Notes under the pieces: model-generated
What the model saw: only the letters and a program-made list of their open reading frames with translations
The model's database searches: none
What the model was told of the DNA's origin: nothing
Translations under genes and position numbers: made by a program
Shown here: in pieces, positions 10,401-18,445 of the stretch
How positions within the stretch are numbered: the stretch's first letter is position 1
How the letters are laid out: each line of letters opens with the position of its first letter
From: Armatimonadetes bacterium CG2_30_59_28
GTDB taxonomy: Bacteria; Armatimonadota; Abditibacteriia; CG2-30-59-28
NCBI GenBank assembly: GCA_001872605.1
Contig: MNXM01000153.1
Location: forward strand, 5,100 to 69,099
Length of the DNA: 64,000 bases
Direction: 5' to 3'

Positions 10401-10958
10401 CAGCCCGACTCCAGCAGAAACCTTAGCACGACGCGCTCCCGCGATGGCCGCCTTTGCCTGAAGGATGTCCTGGCAAGTTTCGATAAGAAGGACATCGCAT
10501 CCACCATCAATCAACCCCAGCGCCTGCTCCTCGTAGCTGACGGTGAGGTCGTCAAACGAGATGTGCCCCAACGAGGGGAGCTTCGTCCCCGGTCCCATGG
10601 AGCCGATCGTAAAGCGAGGGTTCGTCGAAGTGGAATAGCTCGCAACCACTTCGCGAGCGAGGCGCGACGCTGCGAGGTTGATTTCGTACGCGCGGTCTGC
10701 GATGCCATACTCCGCAAGCACCACGCGGTTGGCTCCGAAAGTGTTGGTCTCAACGGCATGACAGCCCACCTGCAAGAAAGAGGAGTGGATGTCGCGAATG
10801 ATGTCCGGACGGGACAGACACAATATCTCGTTGCATCCCTCCAGTCCGCGGAAGTCATCGAGGGAGAGATCGCACAACTGGATGGAAGTGCCCATCGCTC
10901 CGTCCAGGACAGCGACGCGCTCGCGCACGTGTCGGACGAATAGGTTGTCAATCAACAT
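7464..10958 (-). CDS. metH: Cobalamin-dependent methionine synthase
   Basis: LDGAMGT, GGCCGTTPEH, pterin domain DSTE/NSINLEDG, B12 motif GDVHDIGKNLV...GLSGLL, activation domain GKRYSFGYGACPDL; ATG at 10958. Confidence 0.96.
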   Translation of the reverse strand: MLIDNLFVRHVRERVAVLDGAMGTSIQLCDLSLDDFRGLEGCNEILCLSRPDIIRDIHSSFLQVGCHAVETNTFGANRVVLAEYGIADRAYEINLAASRLAREVVASYSTSTNPRFTIGSMGPGTKLPSLGHISFDDLTVSYEEQALGLIDGGCDVLLIETCQDILQAKAAIAGARRAKVSAGVGLPMMVQVTIETTGAMLVGTAIDAALTTLEPYGLDAIGMNCATGPAEMNDAIRYLGEYSPAPVSCVPNAGLPTSDDGKAVYHLTPEDFALSLREFVTEYGVSIVGGCCGTTPEHLKALIEAVGNCTPRRREAQYAPSIASCYTSAPIRQEPAPTIVAEKMNATTQSGLFREMVQEERFDEMLSLARGLVNEGSHALDVCVAIVGEDEKANMRKVISSLATRVSAPLVIDSTEADAIEEALKHIPGRAIINSINLEDGEKRTDRVCPLAREFGAAVIALTIDEDGMALTAQKKLEIAERIHSIATVKHGLRPQDLIFDPLVLPISTGQEEYRTAGMETLEAVFLIKEKLPGCFTNLGVSNISFGLSPHSRRVLNSVFLHKAVERGLDMAIVNYEKIFPLFKIPDEEVDLARRLIEHDTSNGNPLANYMNHFDTHKGTAPQAERLPDRVMTLEERIKHMLINGERVAGIGGRQVRIQELLEQAMQERAPLEIINTILLDGMRTVGDLFGNGKMQLPSVLDAAQVMKASVTFLEPHLDRLEGMSRGKVVLATVKGDVHDIGKNLVDIILSNNGYQIVNLGIKQPSDNIISAALEQQADAIGLSGLLVKSTVEMKHVLEDLARRELTIPVLCGGAALTRRYVEKDLRQTYRHGVFYGDDAFAGLKTMDALMDTSRRAAKLDEGRRICDSHTDAVGGNEAKKTARRMSRTSDRARTETRRDIVIPVAPFWGTRVVDDLDLREVFRYVNPIALFKGQWQIRGLSRKGFETAVAEKYRDLLQELQEEVIGDGHLAPRAVYGFFPCQSEQDDLVLYEPEGSREMCRFTFPRQKDRSQSCISDYFMSVGSGVMDVVALQLVTIGAKATELSREYFAKDKYTKYLYFHGLSVEAAEGLAELVHKRIREELGIAGDDAPEVEQIFHQQYRGKRYSFGYGACPDLEDQEKLVRVLDAENSIGVRLTTGYQLEPEQSTSALVVHHPDARYFNV

Positions 10959-11079
10959 AGTCAGGACTTTCAGATGTATCAGCGCGGACTCATGAGTCCA
11001 ACGAGGATGGCGTCGGAATGACATGATAGCAGGACATCGGGTGAACGCGGAAGAGGAGACGGATGTCCGGTCTGCGGCC

Positions 11080-11255
11080 GGGTGTCAGTCAGATTTGTGA
11101 GAATCCACCCCAGCCGGAACCATAGGCGCCTGTAGCCTGAAACCCGACAGTGATTGTGTAACGCAGTTCGCGGTTCGTCGGTCCTGAGTGAGTTCATGCC
11201 TGGCCGACCCCAGGGCGCTGATTACCTCCGCGCGTCACAAATCTGACTTGCACCC
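11080..11255 (+). mobile_element. MITE family A, copy 3 (176 bp, palindromic core deleted)
   Basis: TIRs GGGTGTCAGTCAGATTTGTGA and TCACAAATCTGACTTGCACCC; flanks TCTGCGGCC/TCTGCTGCT (degenerate 9-bp duplication, 7/9). Confidence 0.88.
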
Positions 11256-11271
11256 TCTGCTGCTGCCACGA

Positions 11272-11299
11272 TTGACAGCATTCGCCACAGGTCTATAAT
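11272..11299 (+). promoter_or_regulatory. Consensus sigma-70 promoter TTGACA-N16-TATAAT for the FIST-mqnA unit
   Basis: TTGACA at 11272-11277, TATAAT at 11294-11299. Confidence 0.8.
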
Positions 11300-11309
11300 C
11301 AACTGTGAT

Positions 11310-12560
11310 ATGCGTGAGACAAAGTGTAAACGCGGACTCACAGAGTCCGAGATGATACAGTCCGGCGTTGGTTTCTCAACCGCATCAACCGGTCGGACGG
11401 CTGCTGACCAAGCGGTGGCGCAAGCCATGGGCCATGCTGGTATTGACCGGGCCGATTTTGCCGTAATGTTCGCCACCCCGCATTATGCCTGTGAGTACAC
11501 ACGGATGCTCAATGCTGTCCACACGGCGACGGGCGCCCCGCACATCGTCGGCTGCAGCGGAATGGAGGTCCTCACTTCCATCGGCGAGGTTGAGCAAAGT
11601 CCGGGGGTGGCGGTATTAGTCGGCACCAGCGATGGCTTGCACCTGTCCAGCTTTATCCTTCCTGACGCAGATGCAGCCTCGCATCTGGCCTCCGAATTGG
11701 CGAGTTCACCCCCACACGATCACACCGGTTCTCCCCTTCTGATGCTGTTCTCCGATGTCATGCATATTCACCCAACATCCCTGCTGAACGCCTTCGGGGC
11801 CGCGCTGCCGGGCGTTCAGATCGTGGGCGCGGGCGCTTCGGGGTCTCTTGAAAAGATGGAAGCATACCAGTGGGCGTGGAGGAACGGCGTTGAGACTCTC
11901 AATGACTGCATTTCACATCGCGGCGTCTCCGGCTTGATGATCCGTGGTGACTTCTCGCCGCTCATTGCCGTCGCAAGGTCGTGCAGACCCCTTGGCGAAT
12001 CCTATGTAATCACCAGTGCCGATGGACATCTGATACGCGAGATAGCCAATCGGCCAGCGATGGAAATCCTGCAGGAGTCCGCAGCATCTCTGAAGGAAGC
12101 CGAGAAGCAGCACGTTGAGCGTGCGCTCGTGGCGGGGTTGGTGGTGGATGAAGAAAAGTACCCTCTCGAAATCGATGACTTTGTCTTCCGTAACATCGCT
12201 GGCGTCGAGCCGTCATCGGGTTCTTTAGTCATCTCCGAACGGGTCCGCGTCGGGCAGACCATCCAGTTCCATATCCGCGATAAGAATGCAGCGCGCCAAG
12301 ATATGGAGCGGGTTCTCCAGGACCTCTCGGAAAAGGCCGCGGGGAAGCGTATCGCCATGGGCTTCTACTTCAATTGCCTGGCGCGGGGTGCGGGTTTCTA
12401 CGGGGAGTTCAACCACGACACAAAAGTCATTCGTCGCTATTTCCCCGACGTGCCCATCGTCGGCTTCCTCGGCAACGCCGAATTCGCGCCCGTGGGTGGG
12501 AGCAGCGTGTTACACAATTACACGGGAGTTCTTGTGCTCGTAGCGGAGGAAGTCCGCTAG
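11310..12560 (+). CDS. FIST N/C domain sensory protein
   Basis: VGCSG, GAGASG, QTIQFHIRD, YFNCLARG, GFLGNAEFAP, HNYTGVLVL; start may be 11352. Confidence 0.85.
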   Translation: MRETKCKRGLTESEMIQSGVGFSTASTGRTAADQAVAQAMGHAGIDRADFAVMFATPHYACEYTRMLNAVHTATGAPHIVGCSGMEVLTSIGEVEQSPGVAVLVGTSDGLHLSSFILPDADAASHLASELASSPPHDHTGSPLLMLFSDVMHIHPTSLLNAFGAALPGVQIVGAGASGSLEKMEAYQWAWRNGVETLNDCISHRGVSGLMIRGDFSPLIAVARSCRPLGESYVITSADGHLIREIANRPAMEILQESAASLKEAEKQHVERALVAGLVVDEEKYPLEIDDFVFRNIAGVEPSSGSLVISERVRVGQTIQFHIRDKNAARQDMERVLQDLSEKAAGKRIAMGFYFNCLARGAGFYGEFNHDTKVIRRYFPDVPIVGFLGNAEFAPVGGSSVLHNYTGVLVLVAEEVR

Positions 12561-12569
12561 GATCACCAC

Positions 12570-13400
12570 ATGACGCATCAACACCTCAGAATTGGTTCTG
12601 TCCCTTACCTGAACGCGGCTCCGCTGGTGCATTTTCTCGACGGCGCTCTCGATGCAACGAATATCGATGCGTCCGTCAGCATACAACGATCTCCGCCGTC
12701 TCAACTCTCAGAGGCGCTGCAGCGGGGCGAATTGGACATCGCTTTGATGCCCGTCATCGACTACCTCCGCGGGTCCGGCGTGTACATCCTTCCCGATATC
12801 TCCATCTCGTGCGTGGGATCCGTGGGGAGTGTTCTCCTCTTCCACCAAAAACCGTTAGAGAGCCTCAGCCGGGTCGGTCTCACCACGGCTTCCAGGAGTT
12901 CCGTTGCGCTTCTGAAAGTTCTGCTGAAGGAACGCTGGCGCGTCGACGCGCGCTTCGAGCCGTTGCCTGTCGTCCCCGACGCCATCCCTGACGATTTGGA
13001 CGCCATGTTGCTCATTGGCGACGATGCACTGACGGCGCGCAAACGTGTTCCTGCTGACATCTGCGATCTCGGGAATGTGTGGCACGAGTGGACAGGTCTG
13101 CCATTCGTCTTTGCCGCTTGGATTGTCGGTGACACCGGAGACGCGGAATCGCTGTACTCTTTATTGATCGCTTCGAAAGAAGAGGGAGTCAACCGATTGC
13201 AGGAAGTCATCGACGCCCACGTGAACGTTGCGGGGATGACCGCAGATGAGGTAGCATACTACTTTACACACAACGTCAACTTCGATCTGGGCGAAGAACA
13301 CATCCGAGGCATCCTGCGGTTCCAGACACTTTGTCACAGATGCGGGATTCTACACGGATCCACTCGGGGTCTAACGTTCTGGGATCCATCGGCTATTTGA
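12570..13400 (+). CDS. mqnA: Chorismate dehydratase (futalosine menaquinone pathway)
   Basis: RIGSVPYLNAAPL, VGSVLLF, SRSSVALL, LLIGDDAL, DLGNVWHEWTGLPFVFAAW. Confidence 0.9.
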   Translation: MTHQHLRIGSVPYLNAAPLVHFLDGALDATNIDASVSIQRSPPSQLSEALQRGELDIALMPVIDYLRGSGVYILPDISISCVGSVGSVLLFHQKPLESLSRVGLTTASRSSVALLKVLLKERWRVDARFEPLPVVPDAIPDDLDAMLLIGDDALTARKRVPADICDLGNVWHEWTGLPFVFAAWIVGDTGDAESLYSLLIASKEEGVNRLQEVIDAHVNVAGMTADEVAYYFTHNVNFDLGEEHIRGILRFQTLCHRCGILHGSTRGLTFWDPSAI

Positions 13401-13439
13401 CGGGCGACGACGAATCACGTGAACGGAGGCAGTGTCAGT

Positions 13440-14633
13440 ATGAAGAAAGTGCGTATTGGGTTGGTGGGTACGGGTTTTGCCGCTAACTTCCACCTGAATT
13501 CCTATGCGACCGTTCCACACGCGGAGGTGGCAGCTGTGTCATCACGCGTTCGCGCGCGCGGACAGGAGTACGCGGCAAAGCACGGGATAGAGAGCGTTTA
13601 CTCAGACTATCGAGAAATGCTCGATCGCGACGACATACAGCTTGTGGACGTCACCACTCCAGTTCACGTGCACGCTCCGATTGTGATCGACGCAGCCAAC
13701 GCAGGCAAACATGTGATCTGCGAGAAGCCACTGACGGCTTACTGTGGTGAGGACCGGCCGGAGGATGAACTGATTGGCAACACCGTCCCTCGCCGTGAGA
13801 TGTACGAGAAAGCCTTGGCCAGCGCCGACTTGATGATTGATGCGGCGAAACAGAACCACGTTAAGCTGATGTACGCCGAGAACTGGATTTACGCCCCGGC
13901 CCTGACACGCGCGAAGGAATTGATCGACAGCGCAGGCGGGAGCATTATCGACATTCGCGCTGAGGAATCCCACAGCGGGTCTCACTCCCCCTTCGCGTTC
14001 CAGTGGAGGACTTCGGGAGGCGGCGCGCTTCTGCGCTTAGGCTCCCACCCGATCGGCGCGGCCCTTCACCTGAAGGCGTTTGAGGGCTACGTGAAGAACG
14101 GCAAACCCATCGTTCCCGAGTCCGTTGTCGCTGACGTGGCGAATCTGGCAAGCTCGAAAGCCTTCAAGTCCGGGGCCGGGCCGGAGGGGAAACAATGGCT
14201 GGTGGACAAGTGGGAAGACGTCGAGAACTGGGCCAGCCTGGCCATCCGTTTTTCCGACGGGTCCCGAGCCACCATCCTCGCATCGGACACAGTTCTCGGC
14301 GGCATCAAGAACTTCATCGAAATCTTCATGACCAATGCGCGTGTTCAGTGCAACATTGACCCCAACAATATGCTGGTTGCATACACACCGGATTCCGCGG
14401 CCTTTGCGGATGTTGAAGTCGCTGAGAAGATTGAGACCAAGACCGGCTTCACCTTTCCTTCCGTCGGAGGGATATGGTTTGACGGCAAAGCACAGGAGGT
14501 ACGCGACTTCGTAGACTGCGTCCTCGAACCCGATCGGCAACCTATCTCAAAGGGTGAGTTGGGGCGTGATGTGTTACGCGTCACCTACGCCGCCTACCTG
14601 TCCGCCGAAGAAGGAAGGCGCGTCGATCTCTGA
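13440..14633 (+). CDS. Gfo/Idh/MocA family oxidoreductase
   Basis: IGLVGTGFAA, HVICEKP, GGGALLRLGSHP. Confidence 0.88.
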   Translation: MKKVRIGLVGTGFAANFHLNSYATVPHAEVAAVSSRVRARGQEYAAKHGIESVYSDYREMLDRDDIQLVDVTTPVHVHAPIVIDAANAGKHVICEKPLTAYCGEDRPEDELIGNTVPRREMYEKALASADLMIDAAKQNHVKLMYAENWIYAPALTRAKELIDSAGGSIIDIRAEESHSGSHSPFAFQWRTSGGGALLRLGSHPIGAALHLKAFEGYVKNGKPIVPESVVADVANLASSKAFKSGAGPEGKQWLVDKWEDVENWASLAIRFSDGSRATILASDTVLGGIKNFIEIFMTNARVQCNIDPNNMLVAYTPDSAAFADVEVAEKIETKTGFTFPSVGGIWFDGKAQEVRDFVDCVLEPDRQPISKGELGRDVLRVTYAAYLSAEEGRRVDL

Positions 14634-14681
14634 TACCGGATGGCGCGTTCACGAGCGTGTGCAACGGAGGGATAATCAACG

Positions 14682-16238
14682 ATGGATAGAGACTGGCGCC
14701 AAGGCGTTGAACTTCTGAAATCCGGCAACCTGCCGGACGCGCTGCGCGTTTTGCGCGATGCGTCGCGGGCAAATCCGGAATCATTTGATTCCCACTTCTA
14801 TCTTGGCATTGCAGAAGCGAAGGCGGGGAAACTCTCCCAGTCCCGTGAGTCTTTCCAGAAAGCCCTCTCCCTGCAACGCGATCATGCTCCCACCTACTTC
14901 AATCTGGGACTGGCCTTTGAGAAAGAGGGACGTCTGCGGGAGGCCATGGCCCACTACCAGCAGGCGTTGCGGTATGCGCCCGGTCATGTGCCTGCGCGTG
15001 AGGCGGTTGCGAGGCTGACCCCGCGTTCCGCTGTAGAGATTGCCCCCCGACCGGGTTCGACGTCCACTCCCCCGGATGAAGCGGAGCGCGTTCTCTGCAA
15101 GCTTTGCGGAATGCAGACGCGCGAGGGCGATGCCTGTGAGTGGTGTCATCAGCCGCTGGAAGCTGTCCAGCCCCACCTTCTGCTGTCACCCGATTCCCGT
15201 CCAGGCGTTCCCCCCGCCGCGGCCAGCGAGCCACCGCGCGTTCCGGCCCACGCCAGTGTTCCTTCCGGAACGTCCGACCCCACCGCCACCATGGGATTGC
15301 CGGTTCTGCGCGGACAGGTGATGCCGCAGTACCATCGCTCTACCGGCTTCTTCGACAGTCTCAGTCGAGGATGGCTGTTCATCCAGAGCGCATACTCGCT
15401 GGCGTTCCAAAAAAAGGTTCTCCTCTTACCGGTATTGTATGGAGGGATTGCCAGCTTCATTTACAGCGCGGCAATCCTTGCCGTCGCATTACTGACGTGG
15501 CATGCTGCTGGTCGGCCAACCGGAGACGCGCTTAAGCAGTGGTCGGAGATGAACCGCGCACTGCTTTCAATCCTGTCCGTCGCGATACTGTTTGGCTCCA
15601 TGTCCATCGGGTACTTCTTCATGGGGATGACGGTCAACATGATCGATGCCTACCTGAAGGGTCGTGAACCGAACGTCCGCGTCGCGTGGCGCGACGCAAT
15701 GAAGAACATCGGCGCCATCTGCGCTCTGGCTGTGGTCGGCACCCTTGTTGAACTTGTTCTCTCCGCTATCAAACGACGATCACGCGAGGCTGGCGGTCTG
15801 GGAGGGATGGTCACCGCTGGCATCGCGTCCGCGATCGAGACGGCCTGGACGGTGCTTTCGTTTCTTCTCATGCCAGTCATCATCATCGAAGACACCACCC
15901 TCCGCAATGCGCTTGCGCGAGTTCGCGATATCCATCGCAGGAATCTCCTGCAGATCGGCGTTGGCGAGGTGGGTTTGAGGATTGTGGTGTCGGTGATCGG
16001 GATGCTCTTTGTATTGGCGCTTTTCGGTCTCGGAAGGTTGCTGCTTCCCGCCGGGGTTCCGGGTATCGCATTCTTCGCTGTCATCGGTGTGACGGGTCTC
16101 GCCATCATCAACTTGCTCAACGCCTTCGCCCGCGCCAGTTACTACACTTGCCTCTATCTTTGGGCCGTGGAAGTGGAGCATGCGCCCGTGGCGTCCCGCG
16201 CTCTCGTCCCTCAACCACTGGCCGCGGCGCTCGCATGA
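14682..16238 (+). CDS. TPR repeat + Cys4 zinc ribbon + Pro-rich linker + DUF6159-like membrane domain protein
   Basis: Three TPR-like repeats, CKLC...CEWC, C-terminal multi-TM region with WTVLSFLLMPVIIIE and YYTCLYLWA. Confidence 0.6.
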   Translation: MDRDWRQGVELLKSGNLPDALRVLRDASRANPESFDSHFYLGIAEAKAGKLSQSRESFQKALSLQRDHAPTYFNLGLAFEKEGRLREAMAHYQQALRYAPGHVPAREAVARLTPRSAVEIAPRPGSTSTPPDEAERVLCKLCGMQTREGDACEWCHQPLEAVQPHLLLSPDSRPGVPPAAASEPPRVPAHASVPSGTSDPTATMGLPVLRGQVMPQYHRSTGFFDSLSRGWLFIQSAYSLAFQKKVLLLPVLYGGIASFIYSAAILAVALLTWHAAGRPTGDALKQWSEMNRALLSILSVAILFGSMSIGYFFMGMTVNMIDAYLKGREPNVRVAWRDAMKNIGAICALAVVGTLVELVLSAIKRRSREAGGLGGMVTAGIASAIETAWTVLSFLLMPVIIIEDTTLRNALARVRDIHRRNLLQIGVGEVGLRIVVSVIGMLFVLALFGLGRLLLPAGVPGIAFFAVIGVTGLAIINLLNAFARASYYTCLYLWAVEVEHAPVASRALVPQPLAAALA

Positions 16239-17116
16239 ACAACAACCATGCAATGAGCGCCGCGTCGCCAGACCCGATCGCTTACCATCGATCCCGCGCA
16301 GGGGCGCTCGCCCTCTTCGGCATCTGCTCCCTCGTGGGTTGCGCGAGCCGCGAAAACATTCATGCTCCTATGGATCGAGGGGGTCCGCCGTCAATGCCCT
16401 CGCAGTCTGTGCCTCGACCCAACGAAGTCAAACCTGAACGCCGCGGCGCTCCGCCGAGGCAATCACCTCTGTCCGAAAGTAGCCTCACTGCTACCCGCTG
16501 CTTCCCCCTCGCCGAGGGCAACCACTGGCTGTACGAGGTCGAGGACTCCAAGGGCGCGAGATACTACTCCGAATACCAGATCGAAAGAATTGAGGAAATT
16601 GACGGGAAGAAGTTCTACGTTTCGCTCAATACCATGAGCAATCAGCCCAATTTGTTCACCCGACTCTACCTCACCCACACTCCAGCCGGGTTGAGCAACC
16701 ACCGAATCATCACTACGTCCGGGCACAAATCGGCTGTTGTGGACTATGGTTCCCGGTCAGACCTGCCTGTTCAACTCCCCACTCGCCTCACTTCTGACAC
16801 CGAGTGGCAGTCGCGAGTCGATGCGAAAGTATACGCGACGCATACCACGGAGACTTACCACCTCCGCGGAAGAGTCGAGGGCGAGGAAGTGATCTCAGTC
16901 CCGGCGGGGGAGTTCGCGGCGGCGCGAGTCGTTACGGTGACGCAGTGGCAAGGGAAGTCATCAACCACCACGGCGTGGTATGCGCCCGGGGTTGGTCAGA
17001 TCAAGTTTACGAACGTGACCGGCGATTGGAGGCATACCTACTCGCTGCGTGGCGCCCGTTTGGGCGACAGAAAGTACGGTTCCTTCTCGCAGAATGAGGT
17101 TGCCGACACGCGCTGA
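16235..17116 (+). CDS. Putative lipoprotein with beta-rich domain (DUF3108/TapB-like)
   Basis: Lipobox LVGC; FPLAEGNHWLY, EVISVPAGEF, WYAPGVGQIK; ATGA overlap with upstream gene. Confidence 0.6.
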   Translation: MNNNHAMSAASPDPIAYHRSRAGALALFGICSLVGCASRENIHAPMDRGGPPSMPSQSVPRPNEVKPERRGAPPRQSPLSESSLTATRCFPLAEGNHWLYEVEDSKGARYYSEYQIERIEEIDGKKFYVSLNTMSNQPNLFTRLYLTHTPAGLSNHRIITTSGHKSAVVDYGSRSDLPVQLPTRLTSDTEWQSRVDAKVYATHTTETYHLRGRVEGEEVISVPAGEFAAARVVTVTQWQGKSSTTTAWYAPGVGQIKFTNVTGDWRHTYSLRGARLGDRKYGSFSQNEVADTR

Positions 17117-17119
17117 AGA

Positions 17120-17148
17120 TTGCCCTTTCGCCGATCCTTTGGTAGAAT
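17120..17148 (+). promoter_or_regulatory. Sigma-70-like promoter TTGCCC-N17-TAGAAT
   Basis: Hexamers at 17120-17125 and 17143-17148, upstream of the M42 gene. Confidence 0.5.
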
Positions 17149-17204
17149 CCATTCGTTACTGAATTCTTGCAGAGGCAATTCCTCACTACATTTTGGAGTG
17201 CAAC

Positions 17205-18269
17205 ATGCGTCAAGAGTCATTGGATTTCTTACGAGAGATGATCGAGACCCCCAGCCCTTCGGGATACGAACAGCCTGTTCAGAAAGTGATCCGCAAGCGA
17301 GTTTCCTCGTTTGCCGATGAGGTGCGTACCGATGTTCACGGCAATGTCATCGCCGTAAAGAACCCCGAAGGATGGCCGCGCATTATGTTCGCCGGTCACT
17401 GCGATCAGCTCGGTTTGATGGTGCAGTACATCGACGATGAGGGGTTTCTGTTTGTCAACAGCATCGGAGGGCACGACCCCATCGTCCTCGTCGGACAAGA
17501 CGTTGTCGCCTGGGGACCCAAAGGCCCCATTCCGGGAGTGATGGCCCGCAAACCGGTCCACCTGCTGGCACACGACGATAACGAGTTGAAAAAGGCGCCG
17601 AAGGTCTCCGACCTATGGGTGGACCTGGGGGCGAAAGACAAGAAGGAGGCCGAGACACTCGTTAGTATCGGCGACCCCATCACTTGGGACCTGAGAATGA
17701 CGGAAATGCGCAATGAGCTGGCTGCAGCTCCTGGATTTGACGACAAGACGGGGGCGTGGGTTGTCATGGAGACCCTCCGCCTGCTCAGCCGACGCGAGTT
17801 GGACGCGGCGGTTTTTGCCGTGTCCACCGTGCAGGAAGAGATTGGGCTCCGCGGCGCCACCACCAGCGCCTTCGGTATTGACCCTCAGGTTGGCATCGCT
17901 GTTGACGTGACCTTCGCCACCGACCACCCGTCCATGGAAAAGAAGATCACCGGGGAGGTGAATCTCGGAAAGGGACCTGTCATCTATCGAGGTCCTAACA
18001 TCAACCCGCGCATCTTTGATTTGCTTCACGGTACGGCGAACAGCAAGAAGATTCCTCATCAACTCGCAGGGGTTGCCAAAGCAACGGGGACCGACGCCAA
18101 CGCCATGCAACTCAGCCGCGCGGGGGTGGCAACCGGACTCGTTTCAGTCCCGAATCGCTATATGCACAGTCCTGTGGAAGTCGTCTCCCTCAAGGACTTG
18201 ACGAATTGCGCCAGACTGCTCGCGGAGTTTGCGCTCTCCGTCACCAAGCACACTGACTTCACTCCCTGA
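17205..18269 (+). CDS. M42 family aminopeptidase
   Basis: PSPSGYE, AGHCDQLG, FDDKTG, VQEEIGLRGA, AVDVT, GTDA, PNRYMHSPVE. Confidence 0.92.
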   Translation: MRQESLDFLREMIETPSPSGYEQPVQKVIRKRVSSFADEVRTDVHGNVIAVKNPEGWPRIMFAGHCDQLGLMVQYIDDEGFLFVNSIGGHDPIVLVGQDVVAWGPKGPIPGVMARKPVHLLAHDDNELKKAPKVSDLWVDLGAKDKKEAETLVSIGDPITWDLRMTEMRNELAAAPGFDDKTGAWVVMETLRLLSRRELDAAVFAVSTVQEEIGLRGATTSAFGIDPQVGIAVDVTFATDHPSMEKKITGEVNLGKGPVIYRGPNINPRIFDLLHGTANSKKIPHQLAGVAKATGTDANAMQLSRAGVATGLVSVPNRYMHSPVEVVSLKDLTNCARLLAEFALSVTKHTDFTP

Positions 18270-18276
18270 GGTCAGT

Positions 18277-18352
18277 TCGGACTCGTGAGTCCGCGTCGGA
18301 CTCGTGAGTCCGCGTCGGACTCGTGAGTCCGCGTCGGACTCGTGAGTCCGCG
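18277..18352. repeat. Four perfect tandem copies of a 19-bp palindromic unit (TCGGACTCGTGAGTCCGCG)
   Basis: Units start at 18277, 18296, 18315 and 18334; internal hairpin GGACTC-GT-GAGTCC; no spacers. Confidence 0.95.
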
Positions 18353-18445
18353 GTCAACCAGAAACCGGAATCTGCCCACAACTCGCGGCAGGGCGTCAGC
18401 GGACGTGAAAAGTCCTACAGTGAGCTGCCTCGAAAATGGCTGAAT

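Noticed and set aside
10959-11079. SAM or cobalamin riboswitch before metH
   Set aside because: No recognisable conserved riboswitch core; only about 120 nt lie before the MITE.
11080-11197. Conserved mini-ORF MxSLRTDxPRT...YRRLWFRLG in all three family A copies
   Set aside because: Conservation is explained by DNA-level homology; there is no RBS and stops differ between copies. It might be a transposase tail but cannot be supported.
18277-18352. CRISPR array
   Set aside because: Units are directly adjacent with no spacers, are only 19 bp, and no cas genes are present.
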